Shown: one piece after another, positions 1 through 9,950 of the stretch
How positions within the stretch are numbered: the stretch's first letter is position 1
Layout of the letters: each line of letters starts with the position of its first letter
Notes under the pieces: generated by a model
The model's database searches: none
Told to the model about the DNA's origin: nothing
What the model saw: the letters and a program-made list of their open reading frames with translations, nothing else
Program-made: the position numbers and the translations under genes
DNA from: a virus
Lineage: Duplodnaviria > Caudoviricetes
IMG/VR virus record: IMGVR_UViG_3300017770_000042
Location: 1-38,716 of that record
Length of the DNA: 38,716 nucleotides
Strand: one strand, 5' to 3'

Positions 1-421
1 TTTCTTCTCCACCCACAGTATTAAAAATGTCACCTTTAATATTATCAGCTAGTGATTGTTGACCTTGTATATAAGAATCCACAATATTTTTAGGGATACC
101 TCTTGATTCAAGTTCAGCATAAGTATCAGAAGATAATTGACCGTTCTCCATATACTCTTCACTCATAGCATCAAAATTTAAACCAACACTTTCTACTGCT
201 TCTTTAGCATCTTCTGTAGGTGTTGATTCAGTTTCTTCAACTGGTGTTTCTTCTTGTCTTGATTTAGTAAATTGCTTTTCTAGTTCTCCATAGGCTTTAG
301 CCATATCTTCTGGAGACTTAAATTTTTCAGGTAACCACTCAGGACGTTCCTGTACCACTTCTTCTTCTGGTGCTTCACTTCCTGTAATATTACCTTCCAT
401 CTGTATTGTTTCTGTACTCAT
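1..421 (-). CDS. Capsid scaffolding protein (T7 gp9-like), N-terminal part; continues at window end (38386-38716)
   Basis: Manual translation from ATG at 421: MSTETIQMEGNITGSEAPEEEVVQERPEWLPEKFKSPEDMAKAYGELEK...GDIFNTVGGEE. Acidic, LPEKF...AY.ELEK motif, lies between portal and capsid. Confidence 0.9.
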   Translation of the reverse strand, partial: MSTETIQMEGNITGSEAPEEEVVQERPEWLPEKFKSPEDMAKAYGELEKQFTKSRQEETPVEETESTPTEDAKEAVESVGLNFDAMSEEYMENGQLSSDTYAELESRGIPKNIVDSYIQGQQSLADNIKGDIFNTVGGEE

Positions 422-573
422 AAGGGTTTATTACCTTTTTTAATTAAATTTCCATTGTCTTTAATATAAGTAACCCCTATTTCAGCTTTGTCTGTTCCCT
501 GCCATTTAGGATAACTTTTCTCTTTAGGAGTTTCCTTTTTAGGTTCTAGTTCTTTTAGACTTTTTTCTGCCAT
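418..573 (-). CDS. Small hypothetical protein (51 aa), not in ORF track
   Basis: MAEKSLKELEPKKETPKEKSYPKWQGTDKAEIGVTYIKDNGNLIKKGNKPL. Starts right after the portal stop with GAGG RBS; its TGA overlaps the scaffold ATG (ATGA). Confidence 0.7.
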   Translation of the reverse strand: MAEKSLKELEPKKETPKEKSYPKWQGTDKAEIGVTYIKDNGNLIKKGNKPL

Positions 574-574
574 T

Positions 575-2131
575 TTATTCCTCTACAGTTTCTTGTTGAT
601 TTTGCATTGCACCCTTTGCCATTTCTTTAGCAACATTTGGTGCTGAATCTTGCATAGTCTGCATCATCATTTGGTCTTGTTGTGCTTGTTGTTGTTGTTG
701 CATTTCTGCTTGTAATTGTTCTTCAGTCTTTATAAGACCTATAGTATCAATACCATGACCAGTAGCTAGTCTTGCAACTAGGTCATTAAAATTTATCATT
801 TGTATTGCTTGTGGATTTGCTTGTGCTAATTGCATCAAATCCTGAACATAACCTCTTAACTTGTTAAGGTCATTTCCTCTACCTAATGCTTCTACTCCTG
901 TAACAATAACAGGTGTAACTGTACCTTTAGGTAACTTAGGTATCTTCTTAGATGTAGACATCCTATCCATTAATATATGTACAATAGGTAACTGCATCTC
1001 TTGAGACAGAATAGAATACACACCACCTAAAGCTGACTCTAATTCTTGAGCCATAAATCTTATCTCTTCGGCTGTAACTCTTTCTGCATCTCTTTGTATA
1101 GATGTATTTAATAAGAAAGCAAATGCTAATCTATCTTCAATTCTCTTAACTGTTTCTAAGACAACTCTCAAGTCACTACTCTTTTCAGTCTGTAGTACTT
1201 TAACGTCATCAGGAGAACCAACTATAACTGCACCATTCTTAGCATTAGTTAGGTCACGTCTCTTTACAGATGCGTTTGGTCTAACTAAGAATACTAATTT
1301 AGATGAAGCTGCAGCAGCACTCACTATAGATTCCATTAAGCCTTCTAGTGATTTTAGGTCACCAAGGTATTCTTCAACGTAAGACCTTCCATAGTCTTCA
1401 CCATCTAGGTGAACCATACGTAAGGCTCTCCAAGGTAATAGTTCTTTCTTATAAGTTCCTTCTGAATCAGGAACTACCATACCTTCTACTTCTTGGTATA
1501 TATAGTATTCGTCTTCTTTAGTTCTAGTTACTTTAGTATAAATCTTTATATCTTTTTCAGATGTATAATCTATACCATCCATACCTTCAGGTAATACTTT
1601 AGGAGATACAGTTTCTTCTACTATAACTTCTAACAGTTCTCCGTTAGGGTCACGTTTACATACATAACTAGATAAAGGAAATACTCTTACTCCACCTTTT
1701 TTTGGTAGATGAAGTAACACATTACCTGATACTATAAGATGCTTTAGTGCCTCAAAGACATGAACTCTCATGGCAGAGTTTTCTATCTCTCCCATAACCT
1801 CACGTTCTACACCTGCTAAACCTTGTTCTATTTCTGCTCTTAATTGTCCCTCTTGGTCTAATTCCATTTTGGTTTTTGTGTCCATTGCCAAACGGAAGAA
1901 GGGGGAGTTAGGAGGAAATAAAAGTAATAATAGTTTAGAAGCTAAATTATTGACACCTCTAGCACCTGTGCTTTGAAAAGGTTGGTATAAGTCTGTAGCA
2001 GAACTGAAACCTTCAGGTGTTATAAGGGATGGTAATGTAAGTTCAGAACATTCTCTTGCTCTGTCTAAGTATATTTCCCTGTCCCCTGTAAATTTGTGAT
2101 ATCTTTGGGAGCATGAAATATTATTTATCAT
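575..2131 (-). CDS. Head-to-tail connector (portal) protein, T7 gp8-like
   Basis: 518 aa; QSTGARGVNNLASKL, GEDYGRSYVEEYLGDL and ERVTAEEIR motifs; Gln-rich C-terminus. Confidence 0.97.
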   Translation of the reverse strand: MINNISCSQRYHKFTGDREIYLDRARECSELTLPSLITPEGFSSATDLYQPFQSTGARGVNNLASKLLLLLFPPNSPFFRLAMDTKTKMELDQEGQLRAEIEQGLAGVEREVMGEIENSAMRVHVFEALKHLIVSGNVLLHLPKKGGVRVFPLSSYVCKRDPNGELLEVIVEETVSPKVLPEGMDGIDYTSEKDIKIYTKVTRTKEDEYYIYQEVEGMVVPDSEGTYKKELLPWRALRMVHLDGEDYGRSYVEEYLGDLKSLEGLMESIVSAAAASSKLVFLVRPNASVKRRDLTNAKNGAVIVGSPDDVKVLQTEKSSDLRVVLETVKRIEDRLAFAFLLNTSIQRDAERVTAEEIRFMAQELESALGGVYSILSQEMQLPIVHILMDRMSTSKKIPKLPKGTVTPVIVTGVEALGRGNDLNKLRGYVQDLMQLAQANPQAIQMINFNDLVARLATGHGIDTIGLIKTEEQLQAEMQQQQQAQQDQMMMQTMQDSAPNVAKEMAKGAMQNQQETVEE

Positions 2132-2135
2132 TATA

Positions 2136-2369
2136 CTATCCTACGTTTAATCCTGCACCTGTTGCTGAACCCCCTGAACCAATACTCAAGTCTGTTCTTA
2201 AAGATGTCTTACCTTTTTTCTTAGACTTAGTAGTATTAGTAGACTTATTAACTTTACTAGCTTTATCAACTTGGTGTGGTGTTGAATCATAAATCTCTTG
2301 CTTAGTAGGCTCTTCTACTACAGGTGGTGGTGGTGGAGTTGGGGCAGGTCTTGACCTTGGCATACACAT
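2136..2369 (-). CDS. Small virion/tail assembly protein (T7 gp6.7/7.3-like position)
   Basis: Likely start MCMPRSRPAPTPPPPP at 2369. Pro-rich N-terminus, KKKGKTSLRTDL and Gly-rich end; immediately upstream of portal. Confidence 0.65.
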   Translation of the reverse strand: MCMPRSRPAPTPPPPPVVEEPTKQEIYDSTPHQVDKASKVNKSTNTTKSKKKGKTSLRTDLSIGSGGSATGAGLNVG

Positions 2370-2374
2370 GAATC

Positions 2375-2575
2375 TTAATCCTCGTTCTGTTGTTCTTCCC
2401 TCTTTTGTAATTCTACAAGCCAATTAACTACTGACCTTTGTCCACCTTTAAACATTAGTTCTTCGATAGACATACCTAGTTCGGCAGATTTTTCTGGGAA
2501 TACTTTATTTAATTTATCTACTAATTGGCTTCCAGTATAGGGTAAAGAATCTTCGTCTTGATTATTTAAAGCCAT
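2375..2575 (-). CDS. Conserved hypothetical protein (first late gene, T7 gp6.5-like position)
   Basis: 66 aa with L..LNKVFPE...GQRSVVNWL pattern; GAGGA RBS; directly behind a phage promoter. Confidence 0.7.
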   Translation of the reverse strand: MALNNQDEDSLPYTGSQLVDKLNKVFPEKSAELGMSIEELMFKGGQRSVVNWLVELQKREEQQNED

Positions 2576-2583
2576 GATAGTCC

Positions 2584-2602
2584 TCTTTATGAGAGGGCAT
2601 TA
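2584..2602 (-). promoter_or_regulatory. Phage RNAP promoter for the structural operon
   Basis: Minus strand TAATGCCCTCTCATAAAGA; aligns without gaps to copies at 11003-11021 and 18642-18660. Confidence 0.75.
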
Positions 2603-4294
2603 GGAACATTCCTTTTGCCCTGTGGTTGGGTCAATAAAACAAGCCTCTGCTTTAGGCTTATCTTCTTTAACTTCATTTAAGATACCATATCTTTTACCTG
2701 CAGCACGAAAGGTTGTTATACCTTTACATCCTAGTTCCCAAGCATTTGTATATAGTTTCTTAAAGTCTTCGTAAGTAACATCATCACCTACATTACAAGT
2801 CTTACTAACAGCACTATCAATATACTTAGATGTAATAGCTAGTACTTCTAAATGTTCTTGTGCACTAATTTCGTTAGCAGTTCTACTCTTAACACCTTGC
2901 GTGTAAGCATAGTCTTCTACTCGTTCTATCTGGTGTCCATCAAACTGTTGTATAGTTCTGTCATAGAACAATGAGTAAGGTGGTTCAATACCTGAACTCA
3001 CGTTGTCTGCAGTAAGAGAGATAGTTCCTGTTGGTGCAATAGAAGTTAGGTGAGAGTTTCTAATACCATTCTGTAATATCTTTTCTTTTACCCAATCAGG
3101 TAATGTCTGTATGTATTTACTTTTCATGTAATGGTATTGGTCATACAATGGGAAAGAACCTTTTTCTTTTGCAAGGTCTGCACTAGTTGCATAACAGTAG
3201 TCTCTTAATGTTGACATTACTTTTTCTGTAAACTCATTAAACTTTTCAGAAGCATATGGATAACCACACATCTCTGCAGCATTAGATAAGGCTGTAACTC
3301 CTAGTCCCATTCTTCTCTTGTTCTCAGCTTCTGTTCTTTGTTCTTTCAATGGGTATATAGTTCTATCGACTACGTTATCCATTGCTCTAACAACAGTAGC
3401 TATGTCACCTGTAAACAAACCAAAGTCAAACTTCTTGTCAGTTACATACTTAACTAAGTTAAATGAACCTAGAAGACAAGCACCGTATGGTGGTAACGGT
3501 TGTTCTCCACATGGATTAGTTGCAGCAATAGTTTCACAGTAATATAGATTGTTCATCTTGTTGATGGTATCTATAAATAAAACCCCAGGCTCTGCCCAAT
3601 CCCATGTACTTCTCATTATCATATCCCACAAGGCAACAGGGTCTACTTCCTTGTAGACTTTACCTTCATAGGTTAGAGGAAAAGGTCGTTCTTCTTTTAG
3701 ACATCTCATAAACTCATCTGTAACTCCAACAGAAATATTAAATCCTGTTAATGAAGTAGAGTCATGTTTAGCTGTGATGAATTGCTCAATGTCTGGATGG
3801 TCAATTCTAAGTACACCCATCTGTGCACCACGTCTGTGACCTGATGATGCGATAGTCTGACAGATAGAATCATAGATACCCATGAAAGACACAGAGCCTG
3901 ATGCCCTTGAGTCCAAAGATTTTATAAGGTCACCTCTTGGACGTAGCTTAGAGAAGTCATAACCTATACCACCACCACGTCTCATAGTCTCAGATGCTTC
4001 GGTGGCTCGTGCCATTATAGATTCCATAGAATCATCAATAGTCCCAGACACAAAACAGTTAAATGCTGTAGTCTGTCTTGCAGCACCCATAGCATTTTGT
4101 ACTCTACCTGCAGGAAGAAACCTCATGTTACGTAACGCATCTTTGAAATCTTCAAAGTGTGTAGGTGAATCTTTCAATGCACCTGCAATACGAACTACCT
4201 TACTATAAAAGTCTTCTCCTGTTTGTCTGTATTTTTGTGTGTCTATTTCTTCTGATAATGGTAGTGTCATTCCATAATGCTGATTAGGTATCAT
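2600..4294 (-). CDS. nrdJ: Class II (adenosylcobalamin-dependent) ribonucleotide reductase
   Basis: 564 aa; FLPAGR, NCFV, GGGIG, ATNPCGEQPL active site, SIAPTGTIS, C-terminal Cys pair (CFIDPTTGQKECS). No beta-subunit gene in the genome. Confidence 0.9.
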   Translation of the reverse strand: MIPNQHYGMTLPLSEEIDTQKYRQTGEDFYSKVVRIAGALKDSPTHFEDFKDALRNMRFLPAGRVQNAMGAARQTTAFNCFVSGTIDDSMESIMARATEASETMRRGGGIGYDFSKLRPRGDLIKSLDSRASGSVSFMGIYDSICQTIASSGHRRGAQMGVLRIDHPDIEQFITAKHDSTSLTGFNISVGVTDEFMRCLKEERPFPLTYEGKVYKEVDPVALWDMIMRSTWDWAEPGVLFIDTINKMNNLYYCETIAATNPCGEQPLPPYGACLLGSFNLVKYVTDKKFDFGLFTGDIATVVRAMDNVVDRTIYPLKEQRTEAENKRRMGLGVTALSNAAEMCGYPYASEKFNEFTEKVMSTLRDYCYATSADLAKEKGSFPLYDQYHYMKSKYIQTLPDWVKEKILQNGIRNSHLTSIAPTGTISLTADNVSSGIEPPYSLFYDRTIQQFDGHQIERVEDYAYTQGVKSRTANEISAQEHLEVLAITSKYIDSAVSKTCNVGDDVTYEDFKKLYTNAWELGCKGITTFRAAGKRYGILNEVKEDKPKAEACFIDPTTGQKECS

Positions 4295-4569
4295 CCCTGT
4301 TCCTCTTCCTTCTTAATAATAAAATCTATGTACTGTCTTGCTTTCTTTAAATCAGTAATGCCATTCTTCATCTGCCAACGCATGATGTACTTAATGATGT
4401 TACCTTCACAAAACCCTAAGTCATTTTCCATAATGAAAGTTATAGGTTCTATCTTCCATTGACTGTAATGCTTGGGGTCTATTGGACTACTATCGTCTTC
4501 CTTTTCCATCTCTTCATTTATCCTTCTAACCATATAGTTTGCATAAGACTCCATTAACTGGGACTCCAC
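4291..4569 (-). CDS. DUF3310-family protein (T7 gp1.7-like nucleotide kinase / SaV-like)
   Basis: PKHY...IEPITFI...GFCEGNIIKYIMRW..KNG.TDLKKARQY motif. Confidence 0.85.
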   Translation of the reverse strand: MESQLMESYANYMVRRINEEMEKEDDSSPIDPKHYSQWKIEPITFIMENDLGFCEGNIIKYIMRWQMKNGITDLKKARQYIDFIIKKEEEQG

Positions 4570-5285
4570 ATATTAGGAACACCGTACTCAAAGTTATAAT
4601 CTTCAAACCTTAGAATACGAGAAAGACGTGCTTGAATTAACGCATCTTCTTTTGTGTATCCTGCCTTGATGAAAGCAGCTTCGACACTTGCCCAAGTAGG
4701 TACAGTAAGTATTGTTTTCGCTTTAACCTCGCCAACTCCTCGTAGTCCTGAGTAGCCATCTGTAGTGTCTCCTGTTAGTGTTTGGAATAAATGATTGTAG
4801 TCTGCTTCTTCTTTAGTAATGTTTAGTAACTCACCACTTCTCCATAACTTACATGGAATTGTTTTCAAGTCTTTGTCTTCAGATACAATAACTTTTTCAC
4901 CTTCAATGAAACGGTCACCTGAAGTTGCCATGATTCCTAATACATCATCAGCTTCTAAACCATGCCACTCTTCAGTATCATAGTTTTCTTCTATCCATTC
5001 CTTTAAGGCTTTGTAACAAACAGGTTTACGTTTATCTTTACGGTTAGATTTGTAAGTATCTAAGATGTCTTTCCTAAAGTTATCCTTGCCTGTGAAACAA
5101 AACACCAACTCATCTGCTGCTGTCTTCTCCATTAATATATCTATGTATTGTAGGATTAACTGTTTAGCTTCCTTGGCATCAGCCCATAAAGACCATACGT
5201 CATCACCCCAATTAACTTCCTTCTCTACAGTAGAAGAGTATTGGTAGATAACAATGTCTCCATCAATTAGCAACGTCCTTTTCAT
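4554..5285 (-). CDS. 5'-3' exonuclease, T7 gp6-like
   Basis: LLIDGD, YKSNR, LEADDVLGI, SEDKDLKTIP, GDTTDGYSGLRGVG motifs. Confidence 0.95.
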   Translation of the reverse strand: MKRTLLIDGDIVIYQYSSTVEKEVNWGDDVWSLWADAKEAKQLILQYIDILMEKTAADELVFCFTGKDNFRKDILDTYKSNRKDKRKPVCYKALKEWIEENYDTEEWHGLEADDVLGIMATSGDRFIEGEKVIVSEDKDLKTIPCKLWRSGELLNITKEEADYNHLFQTLTGDTTDGYSGLRGVGEVKAKTILTVPTWASVEAAFIKAGYTKEDALIQARLSRILRFEDYNFEYGVPNMWSPS

Positions 5286-5710
5286 CCATTTTCTCCTTGA
5301 AAAGTTTAAGTGTGTCAGTTGAAAATAATTTAGATAAGTTAACTAAGTACATCTTGGATGCCCAGTTATCACCACCCTTAATAACTTTGTGGTAATCTAG
5401 TTTCTCTACAATATTTTTAAGCATTGGTGTTGAGAAAACTAATGTGCAATATACTTCGTCATCAATAGATAAGTTGTGAAACCAATAGTCTGCTTCAGTA
5501 ACATTTATACCTGAAGGTTTACCATATGATTCAAACTCGATTGCAATGTTGCCTGACTTCTGCCAGATATTCTTTTCTGTTTTTACTTCAATCTTTTTTC
5601 CTTGAAGCATATCTTTGATTTTATCTTCAAAGACTTTTCCATAAGCTAGGTCAATATCAAACTTCTTACGGTTCTTCTTAGTGGGTGTTAGCCCAGTTGC
5701 TTCCAACTTT
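5263..5710 (-). CDS. Putative PD-(D/E)XK nuclease-like protein; start uncertain, near the pol stop
   Basis: KFDIDLAYG...IEVKTE...SGNIAIEFES.GKPSGI..TEADYW. The track's upstream extension overlaps pol and is probably not real. Confidence 0.6.
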
Positions 5711-7423
5711 GAACTCTCCGTCAAGTTGGCATCTGATTCCAAAGTGCTCTCCTGCTCTTTGAATAGATTTAACTGCGATTCTTCCGACTTCATCTGAGTA
5801 TCCTTTCTCAACTTCTACTTGGATTTCGTCATGTATCCATGCTACTTGTTGTGCCTGTTTACATAACCCTGTTTCCTTTAGGGCATGGTCAAATTCTATT
5901 AACCATTGTTTGCATATCAATGCACCTGCTGATTGCAGTAGGGTATTGAGTGCTGCATACTCTGCTCTTACTTTGATACGTCTGCCATCAAGCCCAATCA
6001 AATATCCTTTTGTTGATGCCTGTTGTACTTTCTGTATTAAAGTATTGAGAGCAGGAAGTGCCTTCAAGAATCTTGCTTTTAATTTTGCTCCTTCTTTAGC
6101 AGAGCCACCGACAATCTGTCCCAGTTTTGCTGCACCTCCACCGTATAAGAATCCATAAATAAATGTCTTGGCTTGGTTTCTTGTGGTAAGCCCTGCAGCT
6201 TTTTGATTCTCTGTGTGAATGTCCCCATGAACAACCTTCTCGGCATAGTCTCCTCCATCATATTTAGCTATGTAATGTGCCAAGCATCTAAGTTCCAAAC
6301 CAGAAACATCAATGCCTACTAATTCTTTTCCTAAAGATGGAATGAAAAGTGAACGACACTCCTTACCATACGGTACACCGTTGGCAGGTACTTGGGCTAC
6401 GTTTGGGTATGCATGGGTTGCACGTCCAGTTATAGCCCCATTTGTATTTACAGAGCCATGTATGCGAGAGTCTTTCTCTACCTTTAACCATGCTTGGTTA
6501 CCATCTCCAAGTTGTCCTAACCTTTTAAGTAAGGTGTAATATTCAACAAGAAGTTTTGCTTCAGGATAATCTAGGTGTGATAGAACTTCTTCATCCACCT
6601 TGGGTTTACCATCATTGGTAAAGTCTTTTGGTATCCATCCTCGAATAGTTTGTAAACGATTAGCAACATGGTCACGACTACTAGGGTTAAACTCTATGAG
6701 TTTTACTTTATGTGTAGGTACACCTTTCTCGTACCCAAACTTTTTTGAATTTACTTTCGGAGTAAATGGTGTCTTAACTTCCCAATCAGGGAAGACCGTT
6801 CTAAGTTTAGTTTCAAGTTCATGTTTTCTGGCTGACAGTTCTGCATATAAAGAACCTGCAGCCTGTTTGTCAAAGGCAAATCCATAAGTCTCTTGCCTGT
6901 AAATAATTTCAGTAAGTTCATGCTCTAACTCCAAGGCTTGTTGCGAATAATTTTTTTCACTAATTCTATTCCATAACGTATGAGTAACATTACAATCTTG
7001 GATACAATAGTCCCACATCTCCTGACTGAATGTTTCCCATCCACCATCATAGTCATCTTTATAATCTCCAATCCTATGACCCCATGCTCGTAGACTATGA
7101 GAGCCTATAAGTTTGCTAGGGAAGTTTGTTCTTGTGAAGTCACCTTGCTTTATGTCTGCCCATATTAAACGTGTGCATACAAGTGTATCTCTTACAAGAC
7201 CTTTAGGGTTAAACGTAGTCAGCTTCTTTAGTACAGGTATGTCATACTTAATAACATTGTGTCCTATAATTAACTCAGCATCTTCTAATCGTTTAACCCC
7301 TTCTTCCCAATTATCTACATAAGATATAATTTCATTTGTATCTATGTCTTTTAATATAAGACAATGGACTTTACTAACTGTATCTAACAGTCCATCTGTT
7401 TCTATATCGAATACATATCTCAA
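5678..7423 (-). CDS. DNA polymerase family A, T7 gp5-like
   Basis: Exo motif FDIETDGL, FNPSSRDH, motif A DVSGLELR, motif B RNQAKTFIYGFLYG, motif C HDE. Confidence 0.97.
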   Translation of the reverse strand: MRYVFDIETDGLLDTVSKVHCLILKDIDTNEIISYVDNWEEGVKRLEDAELIIGHNVIKYDIPVLKKLTTFNPKGLVRDTLVCTRLIWADIKQGDFTRTNFPSKLIGSHSLRAWGHRIGDYKDDYDGGWETFSQEMWDYCIQDCNVTHTLWNRISEKNYSQQALELEHELTEIIYRQETYGFAFDKQAAGSLYAELSARKHELETKLRTVFPDWEVKTPFTPKVNSKKFGYEKGVPTHKVKLIEFNPSSRDHVANRLQTIRGWIPKDFTNDGKPKVDEEVLSHLDYPEAKLLVEYYTLLKRLGQLGDGNQAWLKVEKDSRIHGSVNTNGAITGRATHAYPNVAQVPANGVPYGKECRSLFIPSLGKELVGIDVSGLELRCLAHYIAKYDGGDYAEKVVHGDIHTENQKAAGLTTRNQAKTFIYGFLYGGGAAKLGQIVGGSAKEGAKLKARFLKALPALNTLIQKVQQASTKGYLIGLDGRRIKVRAEYAALNTLLQSAGALICKQWLIEFDHALKETGLCKQAQQVAWIHDEIQVEVEKGYSDEVGRIAVKSIQRAGEHFGIRCQLDGEFKVGSNWANTH

Positions 7424-7827
7424 ACTAAATCCTCCATGTTTGGTGGTTTATAATTCTTACCCTTCTGAACCTTACCCCAATCGTTTAATTGAGGGATGCC
7501 ATTAACTAACTTACTCATGTTAGATTGGTGTACTCTGTTGAAGGCTACTTGAACTGGAAGTCCAAAGGTAACTGCAAAGCCTGATACTACATACATCAAA
7601 TCACATAGTTCTTTAAGAATGTTTTGTTTAGTTTCTTTGTTTATCTTTCCACTATTCTCTTTAAACTCAAAGATACTTTTCTCTACTTCATCTTGTAGTT
7701 CATTTAGTTCTTCTTTGATTAAGTTCATTCTTAGGTATAAGGCTTTCGGATTGTAAGGTATGTCAATATCTTGACCCATACACTTTTGAAAGTCTCTGAC
7801 GTATGTTTCTCGTAGGTTCTCTGACAT
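7420..7827 (-). CDS. MazG-like / PRA-PH nucleoside triphosphate pyrophosphohydrolase
   Basis: LIKEELNEL...KELCDLMYV...VHQSNMSKL...GKVQKG.NY.PP pattern. Confidence 0.85.
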   Translation of the reverse strand: MSENLRETYVRDFQKCMGQDIDIPYNPKALYLRMNLIKEELNELQDEVEKSIFEFKENSGKINKETKQNILKELCDLMYVVSGFAVTFGLPVQVAFNRVHQSNMSKLVNGIPQLNDWGKVQKGKNYKPPNMEDLV

Positions 7828-7876
7828 TTCGTTCCTTTCATAATTTCTTCAGCTATTATAAATACGTGTCCTAACA

Positions 7877-9526
7877 TTAGAACTCATCCTTCTCTTCATT
7901 AAACTCTAGTGTTGTCTCAGTCATTCTTCCTGTGTCTGGAGAATACTGAACGTGACAGGCAACTCCTGTGTCACCACTAAACCTGTTCTTTAATACACGA
8001 ACAGTAGTTAAGTTAGAGTCATCACCTTGTTGGTTTCTTTCAAGAGAGATAACCATGTCCGATAGTTGTGCAATAGCATGACTACCTCTTAATTGAGACA
8101 GAGATGTTTGTGCACCTTCTTCATGTCCTTTGTTTCCATCAGGACGTTTTAGGTGTGATACTAATATCAAACCAACACCTGTCTCTTGTACTAAGGTTCT
8201 TAACATAGTCATTGCATTATCTATCAATCGTCTTTCATCACCATCCCCAAGACCAGAAACAACAATACTGAGATGGTCAAGAACAATCCAATCACATTCT
8301 GTTCCTTGTGATAGAAAACGTACTCGACTGAGGAGGTTGTCGATAGAAGTGCTACCGTAACTATCGTAGAAAAATACCCTACCATTACCGATGCACTTAT
8401 TGTACGCATCAAGTAACTCAGACTCTTCGGTAGGAACATTACCAAGATGTAAAGGTTTGTTAAGGTGTAGCCCCATAAGTCCAAGAGCAGTTCTCTTAAC
8501 GGTTTCTTCGAGCATAATAAAACCAACACGTTCTCCCATTTTGATAAGGTTGTAACCTATCTCTCTGACAAGAGCACTCTTACCTATACCTGAACCTGCA
8601 GTTATAGTTGTAAGTTCTGACTTACGTAAGCCATGTGTCTTCTCATTGAGTCCAACAAAAGGATAGTCAACAGAGACAACTACATCTTCTTTAGATACGT
8701 CACCCCATAAGTCTTCTCCACTTACAATACCATCAGGTCTAAATGTTTTAGCTGACCATATGGCATCTATAAGTTCTTTGATTCTACCTTCGACTAACAT
8801 ATCGTTAGCATCCTTGAGAGGGAGTTGTGCTATCTTAGCTTTCCCAGGCTTTAGTACAGAAGCACAAGCATGAGCAGCCGATTGTCCTGAATCGTCCATG
8901 TCAAACATAAAGATGACACTCTCAAACTTCTCTAACCATTCGAGAGACTTTTGTACATCTCGCTTCGCACCTTGCGAACCATTCTTTATGGAGACAACTG
9001 CCCATTTATTTCCCTGTGCCTGACTAACACTCATGCAGTCTAGTTCACCTTCGGTAACGACAACCATCTTGCCACCGTCTCTCCACAGGTGTTGACCAAA
9101 CAAGCCAACATCTTGTGATGAACCAATCCACTTAAATGTCTTATCAGCAAACCTCAACTTCTGTGCTACTATCTTATTGTTGTGCTTGTAGTTCGCTACC
9201 TGACATGGATTACCCATGTGAGTCGTAACTCGGTAGTCAAATTTAATACAAGTATCTTTGTTTATTGCACGTCTGTTGAGGCTTTTGATTTCACCTTCCG
9301 AGAATATTGTTTCTTGTTCTTTATTATCTGTTGCGAGTACTTTGTGGAAACCAAACTTCTCGCTACTAGATTCCGTTGCTTCCATTTCGTTTCCTTTTTC
9401 ATAATGACCACACCCAAAGCAGTAACCATGTCCATCAGAGTAACGTGCCAAGTTATCCTTGGAGTCACACTTAGGACATGGTTCGTGCATAATAAAAATT
9501 ACATCACTCGTTTGCGTACTCGTCAT
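7877..9526 (-). CDS. Primase/helicase, T7 gp4-like (start approximate)
   Basis: Zn finger CPKC...CFGC, Toprim TEGELD and FDMD, Walker A AGSGIGKS, LDHLSI, LRGS, KNRFSG. Confidence 0.97.
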   Translation of the reverse strand: MTSTQTSDVIFIMHEPCPKCDSKDNLARYSDGHGYCFGCGHYEKGNEMEATESSSEKFGFHKVLATDNKEQETIFSEGEIKSLNRRAINKDTCIKFDYRVTTHMGNPCQVANYKHNNKIVAQKLRFADKTFKWIGSSQDVGLFGQHLWRDGGKMVVVTEGELDCMSVSQAQGNKWAVVSIKNGSQGAKRDVQKSLEWLEKFESVIFMFDMDDSGQSAAHACASVLKPGKAKIAQLPLKDANDMLVEGRIKELIDAIWSAKTFRPDGIVSGEDLWGDVSKEDVVVSVDYPFVGLNEKTHGLRKSELTTITAGSGIGKSALVREIGYNLIKMGERVGFIMLEETVKRTALGLMGLHLNKPLHLGNVPTEESELLDAYNKCIGNGRVFFYDSYGSTSIDNLLSRVRFLSQGTECDWIVLDHLSIVVSGLGDGDERRLIDNAMTMLRTLVQETGVGLILVSHLKRPDGNKGHEEGAQTSLSQLRGSHAIAQLSDMVISLERNQQGDDSNLTTVRVLKNRFSGDTGVACHVQYSPDTGRMTETTLEFNEEKDEF

Positions 9527-9950
9527 CTGACCTGTATTGTGCATACCATTCTCCTACATTAAATGTTGGACAATCTTTCTTAGATATGTCGTTGTGTCCA
9601 ATGACCTTTGCGTTAGGGTATCTGTTTGTCAGAGTGTCAATGACTGCTCCGAAAGATTCCCATTGCTCTTCTGTGAAATTGTTTTCAGATGACTTACCAT
9701 CTTCAGACAGTCCACCTATCAAGCAGACAGAAACAGAACCAGAGTTGTAACCACTTGCGTGTGCTCCTACTTCTTCTATATGTCTACCTTCTTCTATCTC
9801 TCCGTTACGTCTAATAACAAAGTGATAACCTATCTTTAACCAACCACGTTCCCTGTGCCATCTGTCTATATCAGCAGCACTTGTATCCATGCTTGGTTTA
9901 GTTGCAGCACAATGCACAACTATAAAGTTAGTCTTAGTTCTTTTATTCAT
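9504..9950 (-). CDS. N-acetylmuramoyl-L-alanine amidase (T7 gp3.5 lysozyme-like)
   Basis: IVVHCAAT, IGYHFVIRRNG, GAHASGYN, GHND...KDCP motifs. Confidence 0.95.
   Translation of the reverse strand: MNKRTKTNFIVVHCAATKPSMDTSAADIDRWHRERGWLKIGYHFVIRRNGEIEEGRHIEEVGAHASGYNSGSVSVCLIGGLSEDGKSSENNFTEEQWESFGAVIDTLTNRYPNAKVIGHNDISKKDCPTFNVGEWYAQYRSDDEYANE

Noticed and set aside
660-705. TTG/CAA microsatellite
   Set aside because: Encodes the ordinary Gln-rich portal C-terminus.
7731-7877. 48-aa ORF starting at the primase stop (TAATG)
   Set aside because: Mostly overlaps the MazG-like gene out of frame, which has its own RBS; no support beyond the overlap.
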